From Paragordius varius (lineage: Eukaryota > Animalia > Nematomorpha), in NCBI GenBank assembly GCA_964247055.1, contig OZ176057.1:5208001-5272000 (forward strand): a stretch of DNA of 64,000 nt, read 5' to 3'. Both the position numbers and the translations under genes were made by a program. Position 1 is the first letter of the stretch, and each line of letters starts with the position of its first letter. The notes below the pieces were generated by a model. It was given only the letters and a program-made list of their open reading frames with translations, did not search any database and was not told the DNA's origin. Of the stretch, positions 1 to 13,400 are shown piece by piece.

Positions 1-1366
1 AAATTTGCTGCCAATTAATATAAATTCTATTTTAGCTGTAATATGGATTAGCAACAAATTTGATGTGATTAATCCTAACCGGTCCAACCTTTTTGTATGG
101 TATGAAAAATTTCGATAAAAATGTATTTAACAAAATTGAAATATAAATTAGGTATCCTAATGTATAAATAATATATATGTATCATTTTGTGCAAAAAAAT
201 GTTAACATTATTTTTCATGAGATATTCTGACCAGCTTATTAAAATTTTTTATTTGTTTACGACCTAGTGAAAATCGAAATCGGGCAAAAAGTGAAAAATA
301 AGAATATTAAGGAGGATTCAAAAAATTATAATAAAGTTGAGATATTATGGTTTACTATCATTTAAGCAGATATCAATATATAAATAGTCTAAAATTATTA
401 ATTTATAAAATCTCAGTTAAAAAGATGGCGTTTTTCTTTTTACACACTTAAAAGGCAATTTTTAATCTCTATTAAAATAATTTTTTTAAATTATAAACCA
501 GCTAACTATTATTAAAATCTTAAGATTCATATTTAAAAAATAACTTCTATAACAAAATAAACTGAAAATTATTTTTTTTTATCTTAAATTAATGTCATTT
601 GGTTTGTGATTGTATAAAAATCTACTGTCTTAGTTTAAAGTTTCTCAATTTTAAAGTATATAAAATAATACAAAATGAAATTTACAAGTAGTGAAAAAAA
701 CACCAAAAATCCCTACATATCCCAGTAAAAATATTAATTTGTATTAAAACAAACTTGTTACTTTTGATATTCCAATACTTTTAAATTCGCATAAATATTC
801 TTGATAATTCCCACTCATATAAGATTCCCAATAAAACAGTATATTTTTCTCTAATCATAAACCAGATGACAAAAAAATTAAAAACTAAATGCAAATATTT
901 TTCAGTTTTTTTTGTTATAGAAGGTTTTTACTTAATTAAATGTTTTAATAGTGAAGTTAGTAAATATTTAAAAAATATTTTAATAAAGTTTCATAAATTT
1001 TTTTGACTTTTAAGTGTGTTAGAAACCTTTGAACTAAGAAATATTGAAACCCTATGATTTTAGGCTATTTATATATAAAAATTATCTCCTAAAATGATAT
1101 AAAACCATAATTTCTCAACTTTTATCAATATTTTTTGAATTATCCTTGATTATCCTTTGTAATTTTGCCGAATTTTTCGATTTTCTCTTAATATTTCAAA
1201 AACTAGGTCTACAAAATTAAAATTTTTGCGGAAAATCAATTCACTGGTCATAAGCTATCTCATGAAAAAACAATTTTTGTTAAAAAAATTAATCCTCTTT
1301 TTTGCACACAGTGTTATGTATCTTTATTTAATAAAAATAAAAAAATTTAAAAATATTTTCTGATAC

Positions 1367-1417
1367 TTGATGATGATTGCGATTGAGCGGCTTCAGGTTG
1401 TGAAGTTGCTAATGTTT
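1367..1417 (-). CDS. 51-bp Ser/Gln/Ala-rich linker exon (ETLATSQPEAAQSQSSS)
   Basis: attatag|AA ACA TTA ... TCA TCA A|gtatca; phase 1-1; identical copy at 9916-9966. Confidence 0.6.
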
Positions 1418-4400
1418 CTATAATTAATATGAATTAAAATTTTATGACATTGGTGAACACATATCACTGTACGACATTTTTGGAATTATTTGGCATTTTT
1501 GAGAAATTATTCAAATTATTATTTATTTATTCGAACAAGCGAATATCATATTAATTATTTTAGCGAGAAAGCCATACTATATTAAAATATATACTATAAT
1601 GTTCTTTACAGAAATATTGCTTGGTTTAATCTCACGGATTAAACAAAATAATTAGATATTCCGTTTAAATGCCGATGTCCGAATTTCAATTCGATACATT
1701 AAGGGGAATAAAATTTGAATTTTATTTGGTTAAAGACACATTTTCTGCACACATTTACCCTAAAAATCTCTGCAGCCGTCTATATAATAGTCAAAATTCA
1801 AATCAAATTTTATAATTTCTAATCTAGAAAATATGATAAAATAAGTGATGAATTTCAATATGATGTTTATAAATAATTATTAAGAGATGAATTATGTTTT
1901 AGGAGGCAGCTATTTTACAGAGAGCACGAAACACCAAAATATTTATAAATTTACATAGGCTAGAACTTATCAAAATATTAATGATATTACATATTATTTG
2001 GCCGTTATGATTTATAATATACTTATAATAAATCCCTATAAAAACATTTACTAAATGATTTTATCAAAATTCATTATATATGCATTATTAAATCAATATA
2101 GGCTAATTTACACCGTTTTAAATGATTTTCTTGTGTTTTAAATGATGGAAGTTTGATCCACAATTTATAATGTTATCGCCAACATGCTGATAATCAGTTG
2201 TATGGTTTGCATTAATTTTGTTCGTTAATAGATAGGTTATTAGATTTTAAACAAAAACTGTGAAAAAATTACAAGATAATAAAAAAACTATGTCCTTCAC
2301 CAATTTTTCGTAGTTCGTTTCATTTCCGATTATTAAAAACTTTTAAAAGTAATTTAAGCAATATTAAATTTAAAGCGATTTATTTTTTATAGTAGCAGGA
2401 TTTTTGCGAGTTAAACTTTCTATTTAAATGGCGATTTCCCAAATTCCCCATGGGCCCCAAAAATGATTTTCGGTCCGCGGGCCGCATAGGAAATACCCCT
2501 GATTACCATATATATATATATATATATATTCTAATTAATAAATTACCTGGTTTTGGTGTTGATGGTGAGGGAGATGGTGATGTAGACTTGGTTAAATCTA
2601 AAAAATTAATACATGATAATGTGTGCTATTAAAGCAATAATTGTTTATAATTTACTATATACTATTATACCTAATAATTACAATAATTTCAATTATTTGG
2701 ATGAGGAGCGGAATTATGTTTGAGAAGCAGACTTTTTTTAAAAGTTGCTGAATTTTTAAAGGAAAAATTGCAATCTCTATTTAATATTTTAATTAACGAG
2801 ATTTAAGTCATAAGTTATGGCAGGACGAGTTTTTGTTAAAAATTTTGGGGTATTAACACTGTTTATCGGCATAATGTATATAAAAAAATTTGTAGAAAAT
2901 TTTAAAATACCATATCATACGATCAATCATTTATACCATATTATTATATATATTTTATGTTAACACGTAGGCTCTTAATTTTTTGCCCCTTAAATCACGT
3001 GGTCTTGATATATTTTGCAGAATATTGTTTACTTTTAAAAATGCAAATTTTTACAGTTTTATTGACATATATATATTATAATAACATGTAATTGCTAATA
3101 GCTATATAAAATAAATGTTATACCTGATAATGACAATATTTTAGTCTCTTGTTTTTCTTTAATATCAACTAGTTTTACTGCATGGATAGGAGGAGTTATG
3201 GGAAATCTGAAATGATTTTCGGCCGCGTTAAATGTCACGTTTGATTTTACAAAACCGGATTGCGAGTTGGATTGTGTGTATAATTCGTAATTTGGATCTT
3301 TGTAAGCGTTAAAAATTTTGATATATATAAATTCGTCTTGTTTAATAGCAGTTGCATTCATTATTCCTTTGACTAAATGAAAAATAAATTTATATATAAA
3401 TTGTTAATAATGTTGCTTTTATATCCGGACCAAAATCGGCAATCGCTAAACATGATATTGTGAAATCTATTATAAGCAAAGCCAACAAACAACTAATTCC
3501 ATATATTAAGCTAATTTAAACCGTTATAAATGATTTTCTTGTGTTTTAAATGATGGAAGTTTGATCCACAATTTATAATGTTATCGCCAACATGCTGATA
3601 ATCAGTTGTATGGTTTGCATTAATTTTGTTCGTTAATAGATAGGTTATTAGATTTCAAACAAAAACTGTGAAAAAATTACAAGTCAATAAAAAAACTATG
3701 TCCTTCACCAATTTTTCGTAGTTCGTTTCATTTCCGATTATTAAAAACTTTTAAAAGTAATTTAAGCAATATTAATTTTAAAGCGATTTATTTTTTATAG
3801 TAGCAGGATTTTTGCGAGTTAAACTTTCTATTTAAATGGCGATTTCCCAAATTCCCCATGGGCCCCAAAAATGATTTTCGGTCCGCGGGCCGCATAGGAA
3901 ATACCCCTGATTACCATATATATATATATATATATTCTAATTAATAAATTACCTGGTTTTGGTGTTGATGGTGAGGGAGATGGTGATGTAGACTTGGTTA
4001 AATCTAAAAAATTAATACATGATAATGTGTGCTATTAAAGCAATAATTGTTTATAATTTACTATATACTATTATACCTAATAATTACAATAATTTCAATT
4101 ATTTGGATGAGGAGCGGAATTATGTTTGAGAAGCAGACTTTTTTTAAAAGTTGCTGAATTTTTAAAGGAAAAATTGCAATCTCTATTTAATATTTTAATT
4201 AACGAGATTTAAGTCATAAGTTATGGCAGGACGAGTTTTTGTTAAAAATTTTGGGGTATTAGGACTGTTTATCGGCATAATGTATATAAAAAAATTTGTA
4301 GAAAATTTTAAAATACCATATCATACGATCAATCATTTATACCATATTATTATATATATTTTATGTTAACACGTAGGCTCTTAATTTTTTGCCCCTTAAA

Positions 4401-7400
4401 TCACGTGGTCTTGATATATTTTGCAGAATATTGTTTACTTTTAAAAATGCAAATTTTTACAGTTTTATTGACATATATATATTATAATAACATGTAATTA
4501 CTAATAGCTATATAAAATAAATGTTATACCTGATATGGACAATATTTTAGTCTCTTGTTTTTTTTTAATATCAACTATTTTTACTGCATGGATAGGAGTT
4601 ATGGGATGTCTGAAATATTTTGCAGTCGCGTTGAATGTCGCGTTTGATTTTTCAAAACCGGATTGCGAGTTGGATTGTGTGTATAATTCGTAATTTGGAT
4701 CTTTGTAAGCGTTTAAAATTTTGATATGTATAAATTTGCCTTGTTTAATAGCAGTTGCATTCATTATTCCTTTGACTAAATGAAAAAAAATTTTATAAAT
4801 AAATTGTTAATAATGTTGCTTTTATATCCGGACCAAAATCGGCAATCGCTAAACATGATATTGTGAAATCTATTATAAGCAAAGCCAACAAACAACTAAT
4901 TCCATATATTAAGCTAATTTGACCGAACTCGTTGTAGGTTCAATGCTTAAAACCAGGGCTTCTTAAACTATGGGTCGCGACCCCATTTGGGGTTGCATAA
5001 AATAATTATGGGGTCGCGGGTAATGAAAATACAATATTACAAAAAATGTTTTTAACTTGTAAAATTTTTGTTATAAAGAAAAGTAACAATCATCCTAGTT
5101 AATTACATCAGAATTGATGGTGAGAATCCACTTTTGTTTTAGAAACTACATTTCTATAAATTTTGTGCAATTCTGTTTTAGATTTTTATATGTTTCAAAA
5201 CGAATTCCAAATTTTTATATCATGTATATTGTTACTAATAAATATATCATCAAAAATATTAATTTTCCTTTTATATTTGTTGTGGTCGTTAAAAAACTCG
5301 TAATCATAAATGGGGTCGGGAATTACACAAGTTTAAGAAGCCCTGCTTTTTGACTAACATTATTGTTGAAGGTATAGGCAAATATTGGGTGAAAATTGAT
5401 TAATTTTGTGCAATTATAAGAGATAATATACCTATGTAATTTACCAAATGCCTCCATTTTATGGCTATATAATATATTTAATATTTTTTCTACCACAAAA
5501 TGTAGCATAAAGTATAGCACATATGCAGTACATATCCGAAAAATGTATATTTTCATGATAGGTTTGGAGCTATGAGATTTTTACAGCATGATTAAATATA
5601 GATTGCTATAAAGTTATTAATTATTGCCAAATAGCATATGCAAAGAGAATTATTATTGACAAATAATATTTATATGTGAAAATAATACCTAAAAGCCAAT
5701 AATTCTGCCTTTGTTATTTTGGTAATAATAATAACTTCTAGCAATATATCATACTCATATTCTAATAAAAATATTTACACTACATAACTAATTAGTACTT
5801 AGGATTAATTGCAAAATTTGCGCATTATGCTAGATAATTTATTGCTTCATTCATTTTATTTATGAAAAACAAATAAAAAATTTTATTTTTCGCGTGTAGG
5901 CTCCAAATATCGCAGATTTTTGATCACGTCTAAAATGCCATTTTTTTGATAAACGCCAACTGATATAATGCGATAAAATACAATATGCCAGAATTTAAAA
6001 AAATACATATTTGCTTTAATAAATTTTGGCAAATTATTTTATAGCGTACTTATTAAGTAAGCATGGTGAAAGTATATTCCCCTGAAAGATTTTAAAAGCC
6101 ATTTAATTTTAAGAAAGTGATAATATATAATAAAAAAGGTGTTTTATAAAGCTTTAAACCGATTTCAACTAGTAAACGATTGCCAATAAAATTAAACGAA
6201 ATTTTATTTTTTCAATTTTTTTTATTAGAAAATATAATATCACGCAGTCTTTTTTAATTTTAAAACCACTAGTAGATTTTAGCTGGGGGTTTACGACTAA
6301 AATAAATTTAATAAAAATAATGTTTTCCAGGCAATCTTCTACCAAAATTTATTTAATGTAAGTGCTTTAATCGACTTACAGCTATAAACCAAAAAGTCTA
6401 AATATTTTTTAATTTTTTTACACCAAAAGCACCATTAAAATCCTGACACCTAACAGAGGTATAATTTAATATATATATATATTTATATTATACCTAAATT
6501 AAGGTGTGTTATAGACCAATCCAAAAAGTTTATATTAATTGACAGAAACGCTAAATTGGTGTATATTTATCTCCAAGTAAAGAATTATAATCATGTCAGT
6601 GCCTATTTATTATACCTGCAAACTTATAGATCTCTTGAATACCATTCCTCTTGCAATCTAACTTGAACCCCAATTTATTGTAATTGGTTCTATTATGCAC
6701 ATATGTAATGTCAGATTTGTACGTTTGTATAGTTTTGTTTCCCAGGGACAATGTACATTGGGTTTCTTCCTCAATTTTGCCTTTAATTATCACAACATCA
6801 TCATTGGTAATATTCAACTTGGGCACAACGGCTAAATTTTCAAAAATAAAATGGGAATAAAAATTTGTAAATATATATAGTGTTTGGGCCTTTAAAAAAT
6901 ATTTGCGAAACGTGTTGAAGTTCAAAAGTTTAAATGAACTGATAAAATTTTAACACCAAAATGGCAAAATTTCTTTCTTATATTATTCCAGTTTTCAACG
7001 GCTCACAGGTCTAAATTTTAGGAAAGCGCTTTTTAAAATTATCACATGGGGAGGCTTCATTCTGTGTATAATGTGGCCATAATAATATGTGTGGCTTTGA
7101 AGCTTTAAAAGAACCATATTGATGCATTAAAGCTTTTAGATAATTGAAACACAGAGGAAAATCTTATTCCAGCGCTTTTTTTAATATAACTAGAGGGCCT
7201 ACCCCATAAAATGGGCGTACGAGGAAATAACAATGGGAAAACCACTTTTTGAGATTATTATTCACCAAATTTTAGGTATTCCCCGTATACAGTCAAAGAT
7301 TTTAATCTAATTTTTTTAAATATGTCCCTTGGCAGAGCTTCTTTCCTTTTATAAGTTACTATGCAAAAAATACAGAAGTAAAACATTCACTTGCTCCAAT

Positions 7401-10400
7401 CAGGTGAGGGGTAAGGCTATTCCCTTTAAAATACGCCACTATATAAAATCAAATGAGTGCGCGAATCCATATATTACAAAAGCACGATATTAAAAAAATT
7501 CCTTCTGAATAAAGTTTAGACGATGGGTTTAAAATATTCTTATTAACACATAAAATTCAAAGCCAAAAAATTCCGTTTAGTAGATATATGAAAGAAAATA
7601 TAATAATATATTTGTGATCAAAAAATAATATTATTTTATTAAAATTTTAATATTCAAATGATACTAGAATTTCATAAAATAAATATTTTCAAATCATTTT
7701 TATAATTTTGTTAAAGTAGTAAAAAATAGGTCCTCAAATACTCGAGTTTTAATTTAGAATACGACATATTTTATTAATTTAAGCCTTTAGTTATATAAGT
7801 TTTACATCCTAATAATATTTCAGACAAAAATATTTATCAGATATTATTTAGTAAATAGAATTCGGGTACTTAATAATTTTATAAAAATAGTTGTAATGCC
7901 GGGAATCAAATTTTTATGTTCTTTGTGTAATCGCACGATCTTATGTTTTGATAAATTTATTTATAAAGATAATATATTTAGCGTTCAAAAGTTTCACATT
8001 TATAAAATCAGTAGGATGTTAATAAATTAAGAGCAAAACAAGAATACCAATTAATTTCATGAAATTTAAATTTTTTTTCCGATCAAATAATAACATCCTG
8101 AAATGGGTAAAATATTAAAATGACCTGTATTTACACATAAGCTAAAATTTATATTAACCTTTTTGAAGATTTGTTTGTCCCTAACTGTGATAAAGTATTT
8201 AACTCCTATCTTTAAGTTATTAAATTTACAAAATCTGTAATGTTTTTCACACATTTTTAAATTTGAATGAATAATATCGATGATACTAAAAAATACATGT
8301 GTATTATATCGACAGTTTTGACAAAAGTCTGGGCCACCCTTAATTTTAGATGCACACAACGTCTCTTCTGCGTACTTTTTGCCGACATCTTATCTTAGTT
8401 ATGCCCGTTACACAAAGAACCTTATCGGAAAAAATAATAATGCTTATTGATTCAATCTTACCACATAGGAAATATTTGTTTATCATGTAAAAAATAACCT
8501 TATTTCATATGCTACAGTTTTAATTGGCTAACCATATTTTATCAAATTAAATTTGCTGCCAATTAATATAAATTCTATTTTAGCTGTAATATGGATTAGC
8601 AACAAATTTGATGTGATTAATCCCAACCGGTCCAACCTTTTTGTATGGTATGAAAAATTTCGATAAAAATGTATTTAACAAAATTGAAATATAAATTAGG
8701 TATCCTAATGTATAAATAATATATATGTATCATTTTGTGCAAAAAAATGTTAACATTATTTTTCATGAGATATTCTGACCAGCTTATTAAAATTTTTTAT
8801 TTGTTTACGACCTAGTGAAAATCGAAATCGGGCAAAAAGTGAAAAATAAGAATTTTAAGGAGGATTCAAAAAATTATAATAAAGTTGAGATATTATGGTT
8901 TACTATCATTTAAGCAGATATCAATATATAAATAGTCTAAAATTATTAATTTATAAAATCTCAGTTTAAAAGATGGCGTTTTTCTTTTTACACACTTAAA
9001 AGGCAAATTTTTAATCTCTATTAAAATAATTTTTTTAAATTATAAACCAGCTAACTATTATTAAAATCTTAAGATTCATATTTAAAAAATAACTTCTATA
9101 ACAAAATAAACTGAAAATTATTTTTTTTTATCTTAAATTTATGTCATTTGGTTTGTGATTGTATAAAAATCTACTGTCTTAGTTTAAAGTTTCTCAATTT
9201 TAAAGTATATAAAATAATACAAAATGAAATTTACAAGTAGTGAAAAAAACACCAAAAATCCCTACATATCCCAGTAAAAATATTAATTTGTATTAAAACA
9301 AACTTGTTACTTTTGATATTCCAATACTTTTAAATTCGCATAAATATTCTTGATAATTCCCTCTCATATAAGATTCCCAATAAAACAGTATATTTTTCTC
9401 TAATCATAAACCAGATGACAAAAAAATTAAAAACTAAATGCAAATATTTTTCAGTTTTTTTTGTTATAGAAGGTTTTTACTTAATTAAATGTTTTAATAG
9501 TGAAGTTAGTAAATATTTAAAAAATATTTTAATAAAGTTTCATAAATTTTTTTGACTTTTAAGTGTGTTAGAAACCTTTGAACTAAGAAATATTGAAACC
9601 CTATGATTTTAGGCTATTTATATATAAAAATTATCTCCTAAAATGATATAAAACCATAATTTCTCAACTTTTATCAATATTTTTTGAATTATCCTTGATT
9701 ATCCTTTGTAATTTTGCCGAATTTTTCGATTTTCTCTTAATATTTCAAAAACTAGGTCTACAAAATTAAAATTTTTGCGGAAAATCAATTCACTGGTCAT
9801 AAGCTATCTCATGAAAAAACAATTTTTGTTAAAAAAATTAATCCTCTTTTTTGCACACAGTGTTATGTATCTTTATTTAATAAAAATAAAAAAATTTAAA
9901 AATATTTTCTGATACTTGATGATGATTGCGATTGAGCGGCTTCAGGTTGTGAAGTTGCTAATGTTTCTATAATTAATATGAATTAAAATTTTATGACATT
10001 GGTGAACACATATCACTGTACGACATTTTTGGAATTATTTGGCATTTTTGAGAAATTATTCAAATTATTATTTATTTATTCGAACAAGCGAATATCATAT
10101 TAATTATTTTAGCGAGAAAGCCATACTATATTAAAATATATACTATAATGTTCTTTACAGAAATATTGCTTGGTTTAATCTCACGGATTAAACAAAATAA
10201 TTAGATATTCCGTTTAAATGCCGATGTCCGAATTTCAATTCGATACATTAAGGGGAATAAAATTTGAATTTTATTTGGTTAAAGACACATTTTCTGCACA
10301 CATTTACCCTAAAAATCTCTGCAGCCGTCTATATAATAGTCAAAATTCAAATCAAATTTTATAATTTCTAATCTAGAAAATATGATAAAATAAGTGATGA

Positions 10401-13400
10401 ATTTCAATATGATGTTTATAAATAATTATTAAGAGATGAATTATGTTTTAGGAGGCAGCTATTTTACAGAGAGCACGAAACACCAAAATATTTATAAATT
10501 TACATAGGCTAGAACTTATCAAAATATTAATGATATTACATATTATTTGGCCGTTATGATTTATAATATACTTATAATAAATCCCTATAAAAACATTTAC
10601 TAAATGATTTTATCAAAATTCATTATATATGCATTATTAAATCAATATAGGCTAATTTACACCGTTTTAAATGATTTTCTTGTGTTTTAAATGATGGAAG
10701 TTTGATCCACAATTTATAATGTTATCGCCAACATGCTGATAATCAGTTGTATGGTTTGCATTAATTTTGTTCGTTAATAGATAGGTTATTAGATTTTAAA
10801 CAAAAACTGTGAAAAAATTACAAGTCAATAAAAAAACTATGTCCTTCACCAATTTTTCGTAGTTCGTTTCATTTCCGATTATTAAAAACTTTTAAAAGTA
10901 ATTTAAGCAATATTAATTTTAAAGCGATTTATTTTTTGTAGTAGCAGGATTTTTGCGAGTTAAACTTTCTATTTAAATGGCGATTTCCCAAATTCCCCAT
11001 GGGCCCCAAAAATGATTTTCGGTCCGCGGGCCGCATAGGAAATACCCCTGATTACCATATATATATATATATATATTCTAATTAATAAATTACCTGGTTT
11101 TGGTGTTGATGGTGAGGGAGATGGTGATGTAGACTTGGTTAAATCTAAAAAATTAATACATGATAATGTGTGCTATTAAAGCAATAATTGTTTATAATTT
11201 ACTATATACTATTATACCTAATAATTACAATAATTTCAATTATTTGGATGAGGAGCGGAATTATGTTTGAGAAGCAGACTTTTTTTAAAAGTTGCTGAAT
11301 TTTTAAAGGAAAAATTGCAATCTCTATTTAATATTTTAATTAACGAGATTTAAGTCATAAGTTATGGCAGGACGAGTTTTTGTTAAAAATTTTGGGGTAT
11401 TAGGACTGTTTATCGGCATAATGTATATAAAAAAATTTGTAGAAAATTTTAAAATACCATATCATACGATCAATCATTTATACCATATTATTATATATAT
11501 TTTATGTTAACACGTAGGCTCTTAATTTTTTGCCCCTTAAATCACGTGGTCTTGATATATTTTGCAGAATATTGTTTACTTTTAAAAATGCAAATTTTTA
11601 CAGTTTTATTGACATATATATATTATAATAACATGTAATTACTAATAGCTATATAAAATAAATGTTATACCTGATATGGACAATATTTTAGTCTCTTGTT
11701 TTTTTTTAATATCAACTATTTTTACTGCATGGATAGGAGTTATGGGATGTCTGAAATATTTTGCAGTCGCGTTGAATGTCGCGTTTGATTTTTCAAAACC
11801 GGATTGCGAGTTGGATTGTGTGTATAATTCGTAATTTGGATCTTTGTAAGCGTTTAAAATTTTGATATGTATAAATTTGCCTTGTTTAATAGCAGTTGCA
11901 TTCATTATTCCTTTGACTAAATGAAAAAAAATTTTATAAATAAATTGTTAATTGCTTTTATATCCGGACCAAAATCGGCAATCGCTAAACATGATATTGT
12001 GAAATCTATTATAAGCAAAGCCAACAAACAACTAATTCCATATATTAAGCTAATTTGACCGAACTCGTTGTAGGTTCAATGCTTAAAACCAGGGCTTCTT
12101 AAACTATGGGTCGCGACCCCATTTGGGGTTGCATAAAATAATTATGGGGTCGCGGGTAATGAAAATACAATATTACAAAAAATGTTTTTAACTTGTAAAA
12201 TTTTTGTTATAAAGAAAAGTAACAATCATCCTAGTTAATTACATCAGAATTGATGGTGAGAATCCACTTTTGTTTTAGAAACTACATTTCTATAAATTTT
12301 GTGCAATTCTGTTTTAGATTTTTATATGTTTCAAAACGAATTCCAAATTTTTATATCATGTATATTGTTACTAATAAATATATCATCAAAAATATTAATT
12401 TTCCTTTTATATTTGTTGTGGTCGTTAAAAAACTCGTAATCATAAATGGGATCGGGAATTACACAAGTTTAAGAAGCCCTGCTTTTTGACTAACATTATT
12501 GTTGAAGGTATAGGCAAATATTGGGTGAAAATTGATTAATTTTGTGCAATTATAAGAGATAATATACCTATGTAATTTACCAAATGCCTCCATTTTATGG
12601 CTATATAATATATTTAATATTTTTTCTACCACAAAATGTAGCATAAAGTATTGCACATATGCAGTACATATCCGAAAAATGATATTTTCATGATAGGTTT
12701 GGAGCTATGAGATTTTTACAGCATGATTAAATATAGATTGCTATAAAGTTATTAATTATTGCCAAATAGCATATGCAAAGAGAATTATTATTGACAAATA
12801 ATATTTATATGTGAAAATAATACCTAAAAGCCAATAATTCTGCCTTTGTTATTTTGGTAATAATAATAACTTCTAGCAATATATACATACTCATATTCTA
12901 ATAAAAATATTTACACTACATAACTAATTAGTACTTAGGATTAATTGCAAAATTTGCGCATTATGCTAAATAATTTATTGCTTCATTCATTTTGTTTATG
13001 AAAAACAAATAAATATTTTTATTTTTCGCGTGTAGGCTTCAAATATCGCAGATTTTTCACGTCTAAAATGCCATTTTTTTGATAAACGCCAACTGATATA
13101 ATGCGATAAAATACAATATGCTAGAAATTAAAAAAATACATATTTGCTTTAATAAATTTTGGCAAATTATTTTAAAGCGTACTTATTAAGTAAGCATGGT
13201 GAAATTATATACCCCTGAAAGATTTTAAAAGCCCATTTAATTTTAAGAAAGTGATAATATATAATAAAAAAGGTGTTTTATAAAGCTTAAAACCGATTTC
13301 AACTAGAAAACGATTGCCAATAAAATTAAACGAAATTTTATTTTTTCAATTTTTTTATTAGAAAATATCATATCACGCAGTCTTGTTTAATTTTAAAACA

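Larger units (their letters stand above)
2102..4920. repeat. ~1.4-kb tandem duplication (2102-3509, 3510-4920); single copy at ~10651-12056
   Basis: gctaattt junctions at 2102, 3510, 4913; each unit contains one domain exon and one linker exon. Confidence 0.95.

Noticed and set aside
2450-2632. Plus-strand 60-aa ORF with GVDGEGDGD
   Set aside because: It is the antisense reading of the S/P/T linker exon plus a (TA)n run and a hAT end
5114-5556. ORFs 5114-5353(+) and 5323-5556(-), and their copies at 12250-12656
   Set aside because: They overlap a hAT MITE and AT-rich intron, have low-complexity F/I/K/N/Y composition, and the duplicates are disrupted by indels
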